Shown: positions 6,433 to 16,562, numbered from the stretch's first letter. The stretch: DNA of 64,000 nucleotides from Minisyncoccota bacterium (GCA_035583355.1 DATEZQ010000003.1:65844-129843); one strand, 5' to 3'. Numbers and translations: made by a program. Notes: a model not told the origin generated them from the letters alone.

Positions 6433-8862
6433 TTATTTCTTAGTGAGTGAGCCCCAGCGCTGACCACTGGCACACGTAACAAGTAAAGGTATTGATGCGC
6501 CGGGGGTGTTACGATGCACTCCCTCCATCGCCTCCTTAATGATCTCCTTTGCACGCTTCACCACCTCAGGCTTATCAACGACTTCGAAGATCAGCTCGTC
6601 ATGTACTTGGAGCAAGAGCTGTATCTCCTTTTCAAGCCCAGCGGCCTTAATTGCAGTATCAACAGCAATCATCGCTTTCTTCACAAGATCTGCGGCAGTA
6701 CCCTGGAGTGGCGCATTCATGGCCATACGCTCCGCCATCGCTTTAACGAATGGGATCTTCGACTTCAGGTTTTGGAATGGGCGCCTTCGTCCAAACATTG
6801 TTGTGGTATACCCCAACTTCGTCGCTTCCTTGAGTACATTCTCGAGATATGCACGAATGGTTGGGAATGCTGCGAAGTACTGATCGTGAAATTCCTGTGC
6901 CTCACTGCGCGGAACACCGAGTGATGTGGCGAGTGCAGACACTCCCATGCCATAGAGGATTCCGAAGTTAATGGTCTTCGCGCGTCTGCGCTGCATATCA
7001 CTCACCTTATCCTCTGGCACATTGAATACACGAGATGCAACAGCAGCATGGATGTCCGCCCCACTTTCAAATATATCGCGAAGATGTTTATCTCCAGAAA
7101 GCATCGCAAGTACACGAAGCTCAATCTGTGAGTAATCGAATGCGAGTAAGAGCTTCCCTCTTGGTGCGATGAATGCGTCGCGAATCAACTCCCCATATCC
7201 ATCGCGCACGGGAATATTTTGGAGATTTGGATCAGTCGATGAGAAGCGACCAGTGACTGTTCCGTCTTGATGCAACTTCGTATGCACACGATTCTGCTCA
7301 TCAGCGAGTGGTGGTAGCGCATCGATATAGGTCGTGAGTACTTTTTGGATCTCGCGATATTCAAGAATCTTCTCAATAACGGGATGTGCATCTTTCATTT
7401 TCTCAAGCTCAGATTCTTTCGTAGAGCGCGCGCCACCTCCTGCAGTCTTACGAATCCCCTTCTCGGAAATCCCGAGCTTCTCGAACAAGACAACTCCAAG
7501 CTGCTTTGGCGAATTAATATTGAACTCCTCACCCGAAAGCGTATAGATTGTCTTACGAATACGCTCAATCTTCGTGTGATATTCTTTCGATAATTTCGCT
7601 AAGTGATCCTTGTCGAGCATAATACCACGCGACTCAAGTTCTTGAATGATAGGTATAAGCGGAAGCTCTATCTCCTCATAGAGTTTTTTGAGATCGAGCT
7701 TCTTAAGCTCTATCTCAAGTTTTTCCATGGCGGCAATAAGTGATGTTGTGTTCGTGTAGCTACAGATGGTCTCCTTTGTTGCGCCACCCTTCTCAGAATC
7801 AATAAGCCAATAGGCGATTTGCGCCTTACGTAACAGTACAGCATCATGCGGCTCATCATCAAAAGGCGCCGGAATGACTATCGCCTCTTTTTCTACAGGA
7901 ACCCCTTTTACCTCAGCAGCAAGCGCCTTAAGACGTGCCCCCAATGTACGAAATTCAAGTTCTTGGAAAAGTGCAAGTGCTTTGTCGACCGTAAATGCAT
8001 CGATCCAGGTATCCTTAGGTAATTCATATTTGATTGGCGCATCACGACGAATTGTTGCAAGCATCTTTGAAAATACTGCATTATCCGCCCCCTCCTTGAG
8101 GAGTTTAATGGTACGCGGCTTCAGACCTTCCTTGAGCATTCCCTCTTCGTCCTTTTCAAGTCGAGCATATATATCCTCTACTGAACCAAATCGTGAAACG
8201 ATATCCGACGCAGTCTTCTCACCAATACCATCAACACCGGGAATGTTATCCGATGTGTCACCACAAAATCCCTTATAGTCAGGCAAGAGTGCAGGCACAA
8301 AACCATATCGTTCTTTGACCGCAGCGGCATCATATACGACAACATCAGAGAGTCCCTTGCGTAGTGTGAATACGCGCACGCGCTCGCCATCGACGAGCTG
8401 TAATGAATCAGCATCTCCAGTTACAATAACAACTTCAAGGTCTTTGATATCTTTTGTTTGCTCGACAATCGTACCGAGCATATCATCACCCTCGAAGCCC
8501 GGTGCATCATAAATTGGGATATGGAGCGCCGCAAAAACATCTCGAGAGCGCTGAAGTTGCGCCTTGAGTTCATCGTCTGCTTTTACACGCGTGCCTTTAT
8601 AATCAGCATACTCAACATGACGAAAAGTTTTACCGGGAAGATCATAACATGCGGCGATGTAATCTGGACGGTAATCACCGATTGCACGAATGAGCATCGT
8701 GAGGAGTCCATAGAGTCCCCCTGTTGGTTCTCCTTGCTTGGTCGACATATCAGGGAGTGCATGATACGCGCGATGAATAAGTGCGTGTGCGTCAAAGAGC
8801 ACTAAACGCTTTTTCCCTGTTTTCTTCATGAGGACATTATACAGGGTTAACGTAATCGGCAA
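6433..8862 (-). CDS. polA: DNA polymerase I (5'-3' exonuclease, 3'-5' exonuclease-like and polymerase domains)
   Basis: 809 aa. N-terminal LVLFDAHALIHRAYHALP (5'-3' exonuclease). C-terminal RRRAKTINFGILYGM and LLQVHDELIFEV polymerase motifs. Confidence 0.92.
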   Translation of the reverse strand: MPITLTLYNVLMKKTGKKRLVLFDAHALIHRAYHALPDMSTKQGEPTGGLYGLLTMLIRAIGDYRPDYIAACYDLPGKTFRHVEYADYKGTRVKADDELKAQLQRSRDVFAALHIPIYDAPGFEGDDMLGTIVEQTKDIKDLEVVIVTGDADSLQLVDGERVRVFTLRKGLSDVVVYDAAAVKERYGFVPALLPDYKGFCGDTSDNIPGVDGIGEKTASDIVSRFGSVEDIYARLEKDEEGMLKEGLKPRTIKLLKEGADNAVFSKMLATIRRDAPIKYELPKDTWIDAFTVDKALALFQELEFRTLGARLKALAAEVKGVPVEKEAIVIPAPFDDEPHDAVLLRKAQIAYWLIDSEKGGATKETICSYTNTTSLIAAMEKLEIELKKLDLKKLYEEIELPLIPIIQELESRGIMLDKDHLAKLSKEYHTKIERIRKTIYTLSGEEFNINSPKQLGVVLFEKLGISEKGIRKTAGGGARSTKESELEKMKDAHPVIEKILEYREIQKVLTTYIDALPPLADEQNRVHTKLHQDGTVTGRFSSTDPNLQNIPVRDGYGELIRDAFIAPRGKLLLAFDYSQIELRVLAMLSGDKHLRDIFESGADIHAAVASRVFNVPEDKVSDMQRRRAKTINFGILYGMGVSALATSLGVPRSEAQEFHDQYFAAFPTIRAYLENVLKEATKLGYTTTMFGRRRPFQNLKSKIPFVKAMAERMAMNAPLQGTAADLVKKAMIAVDTAIKAAGLEKEIQLLLQVHDELIFEVVDKPEVVKRAKEIIKEAMEGVHRNTPGASIPLLVTCASGQRWGSLTKK

Positions 8863-8944
8863 CAGTAAGGGAAAGTATTACAGCACATAGCCATTTTATG
8901 TATATCTCCTGTCGTATATTCCATTTTCCATATATAATAACTTC

Positions 8945-9448
8945 ATGATAAAAGGCCATGAATATACCATTGATTCACTCAATGCACTCGACGACTTTGT
9001 TGCTCATGAATTCCTCCCCTTTCTCACCCCAAGCGACGATGGCGCAACAGTAATCGCACTCACCGGAGATCTCGGCTCAGGAAAAACTGCATTCGTGAAG
9101 TCTGTTGCAAAACAATTCGGGATTACTGACCACATCGTTTCCCCCACATTCATTATCGCAAAATTCTATCCACTTCCTGGATCCGAGAAACCCGAAGAAC
9201 TCTTCGAAAATGCCCAAGAAGAACGTGCGCATCCACATTTCCATGAACTCGTGCATATTGATGCCTACCGCATGGAGGATCCGAAGGAAGCAGAAGTACT
9301 CAGACTCCCTGAGCTTCTCAATGATGAACGTAAGATCATCTTCATTGAGTGGCCCGAGCAGCTTGGTGCTGAACTCCCAAAGGGAAATATCACCCTACAA
9401 TTCAAGTTTGTCGATGAAACGACACGCACTATCACACAAACAAACTAA
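8945..9448 (+). CDS. tsaE: tRNA threonylcarbamoyladenosine biosynthesis protein TsaE (YjeE)
   Basis: P-loop VIALTGDLGSGKTAFVKSVA followed by SPTFII, typical of TsaE. Confidence 0.8.
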   Translation: MIKGHEYTIDSLNALDDFVAHEFLPFLTPSDDGATVIALTGDLGSGKTAFVKSVAKQFGITDHIVSPTFIIAKFYPLPGSEKPEELFENAQEERAHPHFHELVHIDAYRMEDPKEAEVLRLPELLNDERKIIFIEWPEQLGAELPKGNITLQFKFVDETTRTITQTN

Positions 9449-9451
9449 ACA

Positions 9452-9477
9452 AAAACTCGCCCAGTGGCGAGTTTTTG
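9452..9477. terminator. Bidirectional rho-independent terminator (aaaaactcgcc-cagt-ggcgagttttt)
   Basis: Perfect 11-bp stem between the convergent tsaE and the 9483..11099 gene. Confidence 0.7.
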
Positions 9478-9482
9478 TTTAA

Positions 9483-11099
9483 TTATGAGGATACAGTATA
9501 CGCTCCCGGCAAACCAAATTCTTCAACTTCTTCACCCTTCACTGAGTCGAGCTCCTGCTCGAACTGATGAATGACCGGGCTTTCGGGCTGCATCTGTGGG
9601 ACTACAACCATAACGGGTGCGGTCTGCTTACTAGCGAGATCAGCCTTGATAGAAAGTGCGGCGGCCTTTGCTTTTTCCTCTGCCTCTTTAAGACGAGCCT
9701 GCGTAGCAATGTACCACTCCTTTGCACGAATTGCACCAATAACACTTGCAATCGCAACATTGAGGATGATAAGCCACATAATCATCGTAGTAGGAAATGT
9801 TCCTGATGATGTAGTCTTGTTTGAAGATGAGTTACTAAAGAGTGATCCAGACTTTGCTGCTGCAACACCGGCAACCATCTGTTCATTATTCTTTGTCGTG
9901 AAGATGAGCTTTGCATTTACTGAAGGAATACCCTTTGCATCCGCAGTTGTCATAGTGACAATACTGAATGAACGCGCATCACCCTTCTTGATTGCACCAA
10001 TCGGGAGCACGTACGTACGTGAACCATCTTTTCCTTCCTTCACGAGCAACTCGTTAGCAGTAGAATCGCCGATATAAATGAGTGTGCTTGGGAGCACCAC
10101 CTCAAACTGCGCCTTCTTCGCCGCATCGATGCGGTTATATGCATAGGCGAGCTTATACTCGATAGTCTGGTGTGTGCCCGCCTTGCCTACAGCCTTCACG
10201 GAGACCGTAACATCCTTCACTGTAGAGCCAACGCTACCAGAGAGATCACTACCTGAAACCTTTGTATCGGTGGTATCCTTTTTTGTTGTGTTTGTATCTG
10301 AAGATCCGCCGAATGACCCAAAAAGGCCACCATTTGATCCTGAACTTGCACTACGTGTTGCATTTGTCTTTGTATCCACTGCTCCTGCGGTCTGGTTCTT
10401 CTTCTCTTCCACGACAGGCTTTACTCCCGTGGTCTTGAAGCTCTTGATTGAACCACGTACGATTCCTCGATCATTTTCTGCAGCAATACGATAGTAATAC
10501 GTAGTACCCGGGGTAAGACCGTGGAGCTCTGTCTTCACTTCACCACCATCACGATTTGCTGCGTGATCTGAAGTAAGTGCACCGACATTCTTATCTGTTC
10601 CCCACTCAAACCAATAACGTGCAGCACCATTATGAGGAGCGACATATCCGTGCATGGTCACACCAATATCCTTAAGCGAAGTCACGCCCCTTGTCTGTGC
10701 GATAACAATCGCTTCAGCCGGAACATCATATGACTTTGTAGTAAAATATATTGTCTTACCTGCAATATGGTCCTTCTGGTTCTCTGCAACAACACGATAG
10801 AAATACTGTGTTGAAGGAGCAAGGCCGCGGAGCGTATAGGTGCCCGTACGTGTATAACGTGTACCAACGGTGCGCTCAGGTGACTTAAAGACAGTGTCTT
10901 CAACACTACCCGAAACACCCCATTCAAACCAATACACATTGTCAGGAGTATCACCAGCAGTGATGTCAGCTGAAATCTGCGCACTATTGTACGTGATTTG
11001 CACTACAGGCTTCGTTTCCACAGAAAGTGAACCAGCCGCAAAGACGGTGGCAGGAAGCACGAGAGAGAATATTGAGATAAGGTAGATTATCTTTTGCAT
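9483..11099 (-). CDS. Surface protein: signal peptide, two fibronectin type III-like domains, Ser/Thr/Gly-rich linker, further domain, C-terminal TM anchor and charged cytoplasmic tail
   Basis: Signal MQKIIYLISIFSLVLPATVFA. Two Fn3-like blocks with Y.WFEWG...T.Y.YR..AEN signatures. TM MIMWLIILNVAIASVIGAI near the C-terminus. Confidence 0.65.
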   Translation of the reverse strand: MQKIIYLISIFSLVLPATVFAAGSLSVETKPVVQITYNSAQISADITAGDTPDNVYWFEWGVSGSVEDTVFKSPERTVGTRYTRTGTYTLRGLAPSTQYFYRVVAENQKDHIAGKTIYFTTKSYDVPAEAIVIAQTRGVTSLKDIGVTMHGYVAPHNGAARYWFEWGTDKNVGALTSDHAANRDGGEVKTELHGLTPGTTYYYRIAAENDRGIVRGSIKSFKTTGVKPVVEEKKNQTAGAVDTKTNATRSASSGSNGGLFGSFGGSSDTNTTKKDTTDTKVSGSDLSGSVGSTVKDVTVSVKAVGKAGTHQTIEYKLAYAYNRIDAAKKAQFEVVLPSTLIYIGDSTANELLVKEGKDGSRTYVLPIGAIKKGDARSFSIVTMTTADAKGIPSVNAKLIFTTKNNEQMVAGVAAAKSGSLFSNSSSNKTTSSGTFPTTMIMWLIILNVAIASVIGAIRAKEWYIATQARLKEAEEKAKAAALSIKADLASKQTAPVMVVVPQMQPESPVIHQFEQELDSVKGEEVEEFGLPGAYTVSS

Positions 11100-11105
11100 T
11101 CAAAC

Positions 11106-11133
11106 ATTCTACCATAATTATCATAATTGTCAA
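11106..11133 (-). promoter_or_regulatory. Putative promoter for the 9483..11099 gene (minus-strand TTGACA, 16-nt spacer, TAGAAT; short leader)
   Basis: Reverse complement reads cTTGACAattatgataattatggTAGAATgtttgaATG. Confidence 0.4.
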
Positions 11134-11297
11134 GCACTCAAAGGTCCATATTCCTAGCCTCCCCCTACCCTCAAACCCCTATAAATATAGCGATACTCCG
11201 GATTTTCCTCATAAATACCTCTTCAATTAACCCTATCTCTATACTTTATATATTGAAAAAGCCTTACAAATAAAGGGAATTTGAATTTCCACCCAGC

Positions 11298-11426
11298 AAA
11301 AAACCGCAGATTTTGGGTGCAGGTTGCCGTGCTGGAGACATGCGAACTCAAGCGAGATGGGCTCGGTGCCCATCGAGTGAGTCGCATGCCGAAGCATGGC
11401 AAGATGCGCCAAAATATACGGTTTTA
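11298..11426. ncRNA. Candidate structured RNA element, copy A (three nested stems plus apical hairpin gatgggc-tcggt-gcccatc)
   Basis: Abuts the pilB stop codon. Core AAGCGAG-hairpin-CGAGTGAGTC is shared with copy B. Stems covary with copies B and C. Confidence 0.5.
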
Positions 11427-13082
11427 CCTAGAGTCTATAAGCCCCACTGCGTCAGCGACCTCGCTGAGCGCAGTAACCCCATTTATAGCCTTTACGATTC
11501 CATCCTGTCTCATAGAGAGTAGCCCCTGTGGCTTTGCGGCCTCAACAATCTCATGCTCTGATGGATTTTTTGCAATAATCGCTTCAATTGCGCGATCCAT
11601 ACGGATTCCTTCGTAAATCGATATGCGCCCCTTGAATCCAATACCACTGCAAACCTCACAGCCTTTTGGACGGTAGAGTTGTCCAGAATATTTTAAATCT
11701 GGACGATACTTCGTAATCTCAGGAATCTCTCGCGCAAGTGCTTCTGCTTCATAACCCTCAGGAACATACGCCTCTTTACAATTTGGGCAAAGCTTACGCA
11801 CGAGACGCTGTCCAATCATAAAGTTAAGCGATGAGGGAAGAATTTTTGGATTCACTCCAATATCAATGAAGCGTGGAATAGCTCCCGCAGCAGAATTTGT
11901 ATGGAGTGTCGAAAGTACGAGATGTCCCGTAAGTGCTGCCTCTACGGCTACGCTTGCGGTTTCATTGTCACGAATTTCTCCAACCATCACAACATCAGGA
12001 TCTTGACGCACTGCAGCACGAAGCCCGGCTGCGAAATCGTAACCCTTACTATGATCAATCTGCGTTTGAGCGATACCGGTAACGTGATACTCGACAGGAT
12101 CCTCAATTGTTATTATTTTTATCTCAGGATCAAGCAACTTCTTCAGTGTCGCATACAGCGTCGTTGTCTTACCGGAACCTGTTGGCCCAGTTGTCACGAT
12201 CATACCATTAGGCTTACTGATCTCTTCAAGCATGATCTTGTAAAAGACCTCATCCATTCCAAGCGCCTCAAGCGGAACATTAATGGATTTAGGATTAAGG
12301 AGTCGCATCACGATTGACTGATTGTATGTTGAGGGCACGATTGAGACACGCACTTCAATATTGGTATCTCCGAGATGAATAGTGAATCGTCCATCTTGTG
12401 CCTCTGCAGTAACATTGAGCTTAATACCCGACATCAACTTCAATCGTGCGAGCATTTTCCTGTATGCCTCACTACTGATGTTTGCAACATCATAAAGTAT
12501 GCCATCAAGTCGATAACGAATACGCACCGAAAACTCTTCGGGTTCGATATGAATATCCGATATCCCCAATGCAACAGCACAGCCCATAACAATCTCTGCG
12601 ATTTGCGAAGTTGCGTGTGGACTATTCTGCTTCTTTATCTCCTCAAGCGCTCCGGTCACATCCTTGATCTGCTTGACCACACTAGAATATTTTCGGACCG
12701 TCTCTTCAGAAATACCGAGCGCTCCACCTGTTGTCGCAGTCGTATGTTGAGTTTCTTTATATACCTCAAGGGCTTTTGTAATCGCAAACTCTGAAGCAAG
12801 AAAAATTTCTGAATCAAGACCGTGGGTCTTTAAAAATGCAATAATGCCCTGGAGCTCAGGGTTATTCGGTGTCTGTGCGGCGATATGTGCTGTATGCCCA
12901 TCGAGGTCAAAAATAACAACACGCGCACGACGCGCAGTCTCTTCGTCAATGAGATGAAGGGCGGTGTTCTTAATAATGATAGCGTTGAGATTCACATAGC
13001 CAAGTTTGTAGCGTTCAGCCAAAATCTGCGCGAGGTCCTCAGCTTCGCGCTCACGGTGTTCAATAATTGGATCAATACCCAT
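11424..13082 (-). CDS. pilB: Type IV pilus assembly ATPase PilB (GspE family). The ORF track extends to 13310; the likely start is the internal Met at 13082
   Basis: Walker A GPTGSGKTTTLYA, Walker B region DPDVVMVGEIRD, His box LVLSTLHTN, and C-terminal tetracysteine CPNC...CEVC. The start is adjusted to avoid a 134-nt overlap with tdk. Confidence 0.85.
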   Translation of the reverse strand: MGIDPIIEHREREAEDLAQILAERYKLGYVNLNAIIIKNTALHLIDEETARRARVVIFDLDGHTAHIAAQTPNNPELQGIIAFLKTHGLDSEIFLASEFAITKALEVYKETQHTTATTGGALGISEETVRKYSSVVKQIKDVTGALEEIKKQNSPHATSQIAEIVMGCAVALGISDIHIEPEEFSVRIRYRLDGILYDVANISSEAYRKMLARLKLMSGIKLNVTAEAQDGRFTIHLGDTNIEVRVSIVPSTYNQSIVMRLLNPKSINVPLEALGMDEVFYKIMLEEISKPNGMIVTTGPTGSGKTTTLYATLKKLLDPEIKIITIEDPVEYHVTGIAQTQIDHSKGYDFAAGLRAAVRQDPDVVMVGEIRDNETASVAVEAALTGHLVLSTLHTNSAAGAIPRFIDIGVNPKILPSSLNFMIGQRLVRKLCPNCKEAYVPEGYEAEALAREIPEITKYRPDLKYSGQLYRPKGCEVCSGIGFKGRISIYEGIRMDRAIEAIIAKNPSEHEIVEAAKPQGLLSMRQDGIVKAINGVTALSEVADAVGLIDSR

Positions 13083-13144
13083 AGCTACATAATAACATAC
13101 ACGGAAAGATAAAACCGTCACAAGAACAGTGCTGAAGGAATAAG

Positions 13145-13167
13145 AAAAGGGCCCAATGGGCCCTTTT
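13145..13167. terminator. Rho-independent terminator (aaaagggccc-aat-gggccctttt) downstream of tdk
   Basis: Perfect palindrome between the tdk stop and the pilB start. Confidence 0.65.
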
Positions 13168-13176
13168 GGTCTACAT

Positions 13177-13788
13177 CTAACCCCTCGGGATGGAGTGACA
13201 TCGGCGACAACGTGCCTCGTACACCTTTTTATCTGTACCCGCGTCAGCCTCAATGCGCTCCTTCGAGAAAATATTCTTCTGGGTGAAACTTGCGGGGCTT
13301 GAGCATTCAAAACAGAATGCCTTTGTCTTCACCACTTCGTTTGCAAGTGCAAGGAAAGTTGCTACTGTCGCGAATGGACGACGCATGAAATCGAGGTCGA
13401 GACCAACAACTACGACCTGAAAATCCTTATCCTTATGCTCTTCAAGAAGGTTTGTCACCTCCTCAACAAGCCATTCCCCAAAGAACTGCACCTCATCAAT
13501 TGCAATGATGTGCGGATCCTGTTCATGCACCAACCGCCTGAACGTTTCCGCATCACTTACTGTGTGAGCAGGATGCTTCGCCGCAACGATGAATTTCTCG
13601 GAATCCTCTGGATCAAGGATGCGTGTCACCACATGATCCTCATAGCGCGTATCTACAGGTGACTTGATCACCAAGATGCGCTTTTTCACGATTTGCGCCC
13701 GCTTAATAAGACGCAGCAATTCCTCTGACTTGCCAGAGTACATAGGTCCTACAATTGCGGTAAGGGTTGCTTCTTGTGAGTTTTGCAT
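13177..13788 (-). CDS. tdk: Thymidine kinase
   Basis: P-loop GPMYSGKSEEL and C-terminal zinc ribbon CFEC...CRRCH, typical of type II Tdk. Confidence 0.85.
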   Translation of the reverse strand: MQNSQEATLTAIVGPMYSGKSEELLRLIKRAQIVKKRILVIKSPVDTRYEDHVVTRILDPEDSEKFIVAAKHPAHTVSDAETFRRLVHEQDPHIIAIDEVQFFGEWLVEEVTNLLEEHKDKDFQVVVVGLDLDFMRRPFATVATFLALANEVVKTKAFCFECSSPASFTQKNIFSKERIEADAGTDKKVYEARCRRCHSIPRG

Positions 13789-13931
13789 GGTGTGCTCCTT
13801 TATGTCTATGTTTACGATAACATGCCTATGTACTCAAAAGTATTTACATGCCTGTGGAGGAGATGTTATAGCACAACAGTAGAGCACATATTTTTCTAAA
13901 TACAAAATAACCACCCCGAATTATTGAGTGG

Positions 13932-14933
13932 TTATTTTAAATCAAAACCAAGATGCGTATATGCCTTCGGGGTCACGGTGCGACCTCGCGGTGTGCGCTC
14001 AATGAACCCTAGTTTAAGTAGGTATGGCTCATACACCTCCTCAATAGTTGCCATCTCCTCTGCCGTTGCAGCCGCGAGTGTGTTGAGTCCAACTGGTCCG
14101 CCATTAAATTTTTCTATCATGACCGTCAACAATTCACGGTCGGGAGTTCCAAGGCCAAGCTCGTCCACCTCAAGTAAAGCAAGTGCCTCGCGCACCACCT
14201 TCTCATCGAGTGGCACCTTGTGTACCTGTGCAAAATCTCGAGCACGCTTCAAAAAATGATTAGCGGTACGTGGTGTAAAACGAGCACGCTGCGCGATTGC
14301 GAGCGCTGCCCCCGGCTCAAGGCTCACGCCCAAGATATCCGCAGAACGCGTTACAATGCGTGCTATTTCATCGTTCGTATAGAACTCGAGACGAAACACG
14401 CCTCCACCAAAACGGGAGCGTAGTGGGGCAGATAATGCAGCAATACGTGTTGTCGCAGCAATGAGTGTAAATGCAGGGAGTTCAAGCTGAATAGTACGCG
14501 CCGATGGCCCCTTTCCAATAATGATATCAAGTACTCCTGATTCCATTGCTGGATAAAGCACCTCTTCAACCATCTTATTTAAACGGTGAATTTCATCAAT
14601 AAAGAGAATATCACCGGGATTCATGTTCGTTAGGAGTGAGGCAAGGTCGCCCACCTTTTCAATTGCAGGACCTGAGGTCACCTTGAGCTGCGACTTACTT
14701 TCCGATGCAATAAGATGTGCAAGTGTGGTTTTACCAAGTCCTGGAGGTCCATAAAACAATAGGTGTTCTGGAGGATGACCACGCTCCTTTGCTGCAGTAA
14801 GAAGGATATTCAAATTCTGTTTAATATGCTCCTGCCCCACATAATCACCCCACGACGAAGGCCTGAGTTTTTGATCAAGGAAAAGAGAATCATTCTTTCC
14901 GTTCGGTAAAATATTAGAGAGTTCACTTGACAT
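13932..14933 (-). CDS. ruvB: Holliday junction branch migration helicase RuvB
   Basis: LLFYGPPGLGKTTLAHLIA Walker A, DEIHRL Walker B, and a C-terminal winged-helix region. Confidence 0.92.
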   Translation of the reverse strand: MSSELSNILPNGKNDSLFLDQKLRPSSWGDYVGQEHIKQNLNILLTAAKERGHPPEHLLFYGPPGLGKTTLAHLIASESKSQLKVTSGPAIEKVGDLASLLTNMNPGDILFIDEIHRLNKMVEEVLYPAMESGVLDIIIGKGPSARTIQLELPAFTLIAATTRIAALSAPLRSRFGGGVFRLEFYTNDEIARIVTRSADILGVSLEPGAALAIAQRARFTPRTANHFLKRARDFAQVHKVPLDEKVVREALALLEVDELGLGTPDRELLTVMIEKFNGGPVGLNTLAAATAEEMATIEEVYEPYLLKLGFIERTPRGRTVTPKAYTHLGFDLK

Positions 14934-15284
14934 AAAATTTGTTTATGATATACTGCTTCCGGTTTAAAGTTGCACAGAAACAGGTTGTCTTGCGCACTTC
15001 TCTCACAGTATAACAGGAGAAATAGCGATGCTCCTATCGCGCTATATTCTCTTGTCCCAAGAAAGACTTGACAACTTTAAATTATCATGATATAGTTCAT
15101 GAGCAAACAAGTTCGCTGTTCTCACCCTCAAACGATTAGAGCCCCACAGGCTTCCATGATGTAGCTCCAAAGACTTATTGGTTCGGCGCGCAAGCGACCG
15201 TTGCTGGCAAACTCTTCAGGAATGCATTTCACCATAGATTCCGGTCTATGGTAATCGATTGAGGGTAAGGACCACGAAAGCAAG

Positions 15285-15314
15285 AAAAACTCGCGCAAGC
15301 GAGTTTTTCTTTTG
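15285..15314. terminator. Bidirectional rho-independent terminator (aaaaactcgc-gcaa-gcgagttttt)
   Basis: Perfect 10-bp stem with a GNRA-like loop and T-run, inside the 640-bp ruvB-upstream spacer. Confidence 0.6.
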
Positions 15315-15359
15315 TATTAACACAAATATACGCCAATGAAACAGCGAGGAATTTTTCGC

Positions 15360-15450
15360 AAGTTGCCTTTACTGGAATGAGCACCGCAAGCGAGGTGTAT
15401 GTGTTATACATTGAGCGCGGAGCGGAATGAAGCAAAGGCAAATTGTGGAA
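15360..15450. ncRNA. Degenerate fourth copy (D) of the structured element (ttgcctttactgg ... AAGCGAG-hairpin-TGAGCG ... aagcaaaggcaa)
   Basis: Retains the P2-like arm pair, the AGCGAG / TGAGCG junctions and an apical hairpin (tgtat-gtgtt-ataca). The outer stem is poorly conserved. Confidence 0.3.
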
Positions 15451-15522
15451 AATAACCGCTGCTGTAATATTGCAAGCGGAACGGTGCATTTGCGCAAGCG
15501 GGTGCCAGGCACCGCTTAAAAT

Positions 15523-15557
15523 AAAATACCAACTGCGCGCAGCTGGTATTTTATTTA
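15523..15557 (-). terminator. Rho-independent terminator (aaaataccaactgcgc / gcgcagctggtatttt) downstream of the acidic protein gene
   Basis: Long near-perfect stem (one mismatch) with a U-run on the minus strand. Confidence 0.6.
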
Positions 15558-15570
15558 TCGCGCAAATGCG

Positions 15571-15885
15571 CTAGAATCCTTCTTCGAGCGGATCCTCGTC
15601 GGCCTTAAAGTTATAACGAGCCTCATCATCCTCGTCTGTATAGAAATCTTCCTCATCATCCTCTTCCTCATCTTCACCAACTTCTGGCTTCAAGGTATCT
15701 CCGAACTCATCAGTAAGAGAACCAAACTCATCCTCCTCTACAGGGAGCACGTCTTCATGGAGTGCATCGATATCAACCTCAACCAATTCCTCGTCTTCAA
15801 GAAAATCATCGCCCGTTGGGCCGAATTTGGTTTGCTCTTCTTCAAGCTCATCATCGGGCAAAATGCCTACTGCGTCGTCACTCAT
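15571..15885 (-). CDS. Highly acidic small protein (104 aa, about 45% Asp and Glu). It occupies the position where ruvA is normally found
   Basis: Sequence MSDDAVGILPDDELEEEQTKF...EDEEEDDEEDFYTDEDDE. No HhH or RuvA motifs. Confidence 0.55.
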   Translation of the reverse strand: MSDDAVGILPDDELEEEQTKFGPTGDDFLEDEELVEVDIDALHEDVLPVEEDEFGSLTDEFGDTLKPEVGEDEEEDDEEDFYTDEDDEARYNFKADEDPLEEGF

Positions 15886-15967
15886 GGCGTCTTAATGTAT
15901 TTAATCCTAATAGATTAATTGGAATATAACACTGAAAATTGATTTTGTGCAAGCCTAAAAATAAAGC

Positions 15968-15976
15968 TGTGGATAA
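15968..15976 (-). promoter_or_regulatory. Isolated perfect DnaA box (TGTGGATAA) just downstream of ruvC
   Basis: Exact 9-mer consensus. A single occurrence could be chance. Confidence 0.25.
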
Positions 15977-15984
15977 CTAACGTT

Positions 15985-16494
15985 TTAGAGTACCCCACTT
16001 CGGATCATTGTGGCTCGATGTGCGTTTTCGGCGAGCGCAGCAAGTCCGAGTGCAATAGCATCAAACTCATCATCAAGCCTTTTTTCCATTGGTAGTTTTG
16101 TAAGTTTTTCTACCATAAACATCATCTGTGCCTTTGTCGCTTTTCCATAACCCGTCAGCGCAATCTTCGCTGCACCAGGATGCACTTCATGAATAGGAAC
16201 GTGAGCTTTTGTTGCTGCGTAGAGTAATGCACCGCGCACCTCCGCCACTTGGAGTGCAGTCTTTGCATTATTTGAAAAAAATAATCCTTCAATCACAAAA
16301 AGCTCCGGCTTATGTATTTCGATCAAGTGGGCAATAGTTTCGACGACTGTCGTTAGGCGATCAACGAATGCAGATTTTGCAGGTGTTTCAATACATGTCG
16401 AGAAGCGCACCTCTGCACCCCTTCCATCACCATCTAATACTGCGACACCACATCTCCCAAACCCTGGATCAACTGCGAGGACTTTCATAAACAC
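15985..16494 (-). CDS. ruvC: Crossover junction endodeoxyribonuclease RuvC
   Basis: MKVLAVDPGFGRCGVAVLD N-terminus with catalytic Asp, plus HLIE..KPELFVIEGLFF core. Confidence 0.9.
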   Translation of the reverse strand: MFMKVLAVDPGFGRCGVAVLDGDGRGAEVRFSTCIETPAKSAFVDRLTTVVETIAHLIEIHKPELFVIEGLFFSNNAKTALQVAEVRGALLYAATKAHVPIHEVHPGAAKIALTGYGKATKAQMMFMVEKLTKLPMEKRLDDEFDAIALGLAALAENAHRATMIRSGVL

Positions 16495-16562
16495 AGAGTA
16501 CCACAGAATCGAGTGGAATAAAAAGTTGTACTTGGTAAATTTTTTTGAAACAAAAAACCACA

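Noticed and set aside
6506-6924. Plus-strand ORFs inside polA
   Set aside because: They are antisense to a confidently identified polA reading frame.
9571-10494. Plus-strand ORFs (168 aa and 106 aa) inside the Fn3 surface-protein gene
   Set aside because: They are antisense shadow ORFs of a gene with a clear signal peptide and domain structure.
15968-15976. Single DnaA box after ruvC considered as a second origin
   Set aside because: It is an isolated 9-mer without an AT-rich DUE or additional boxes. It could be chance.
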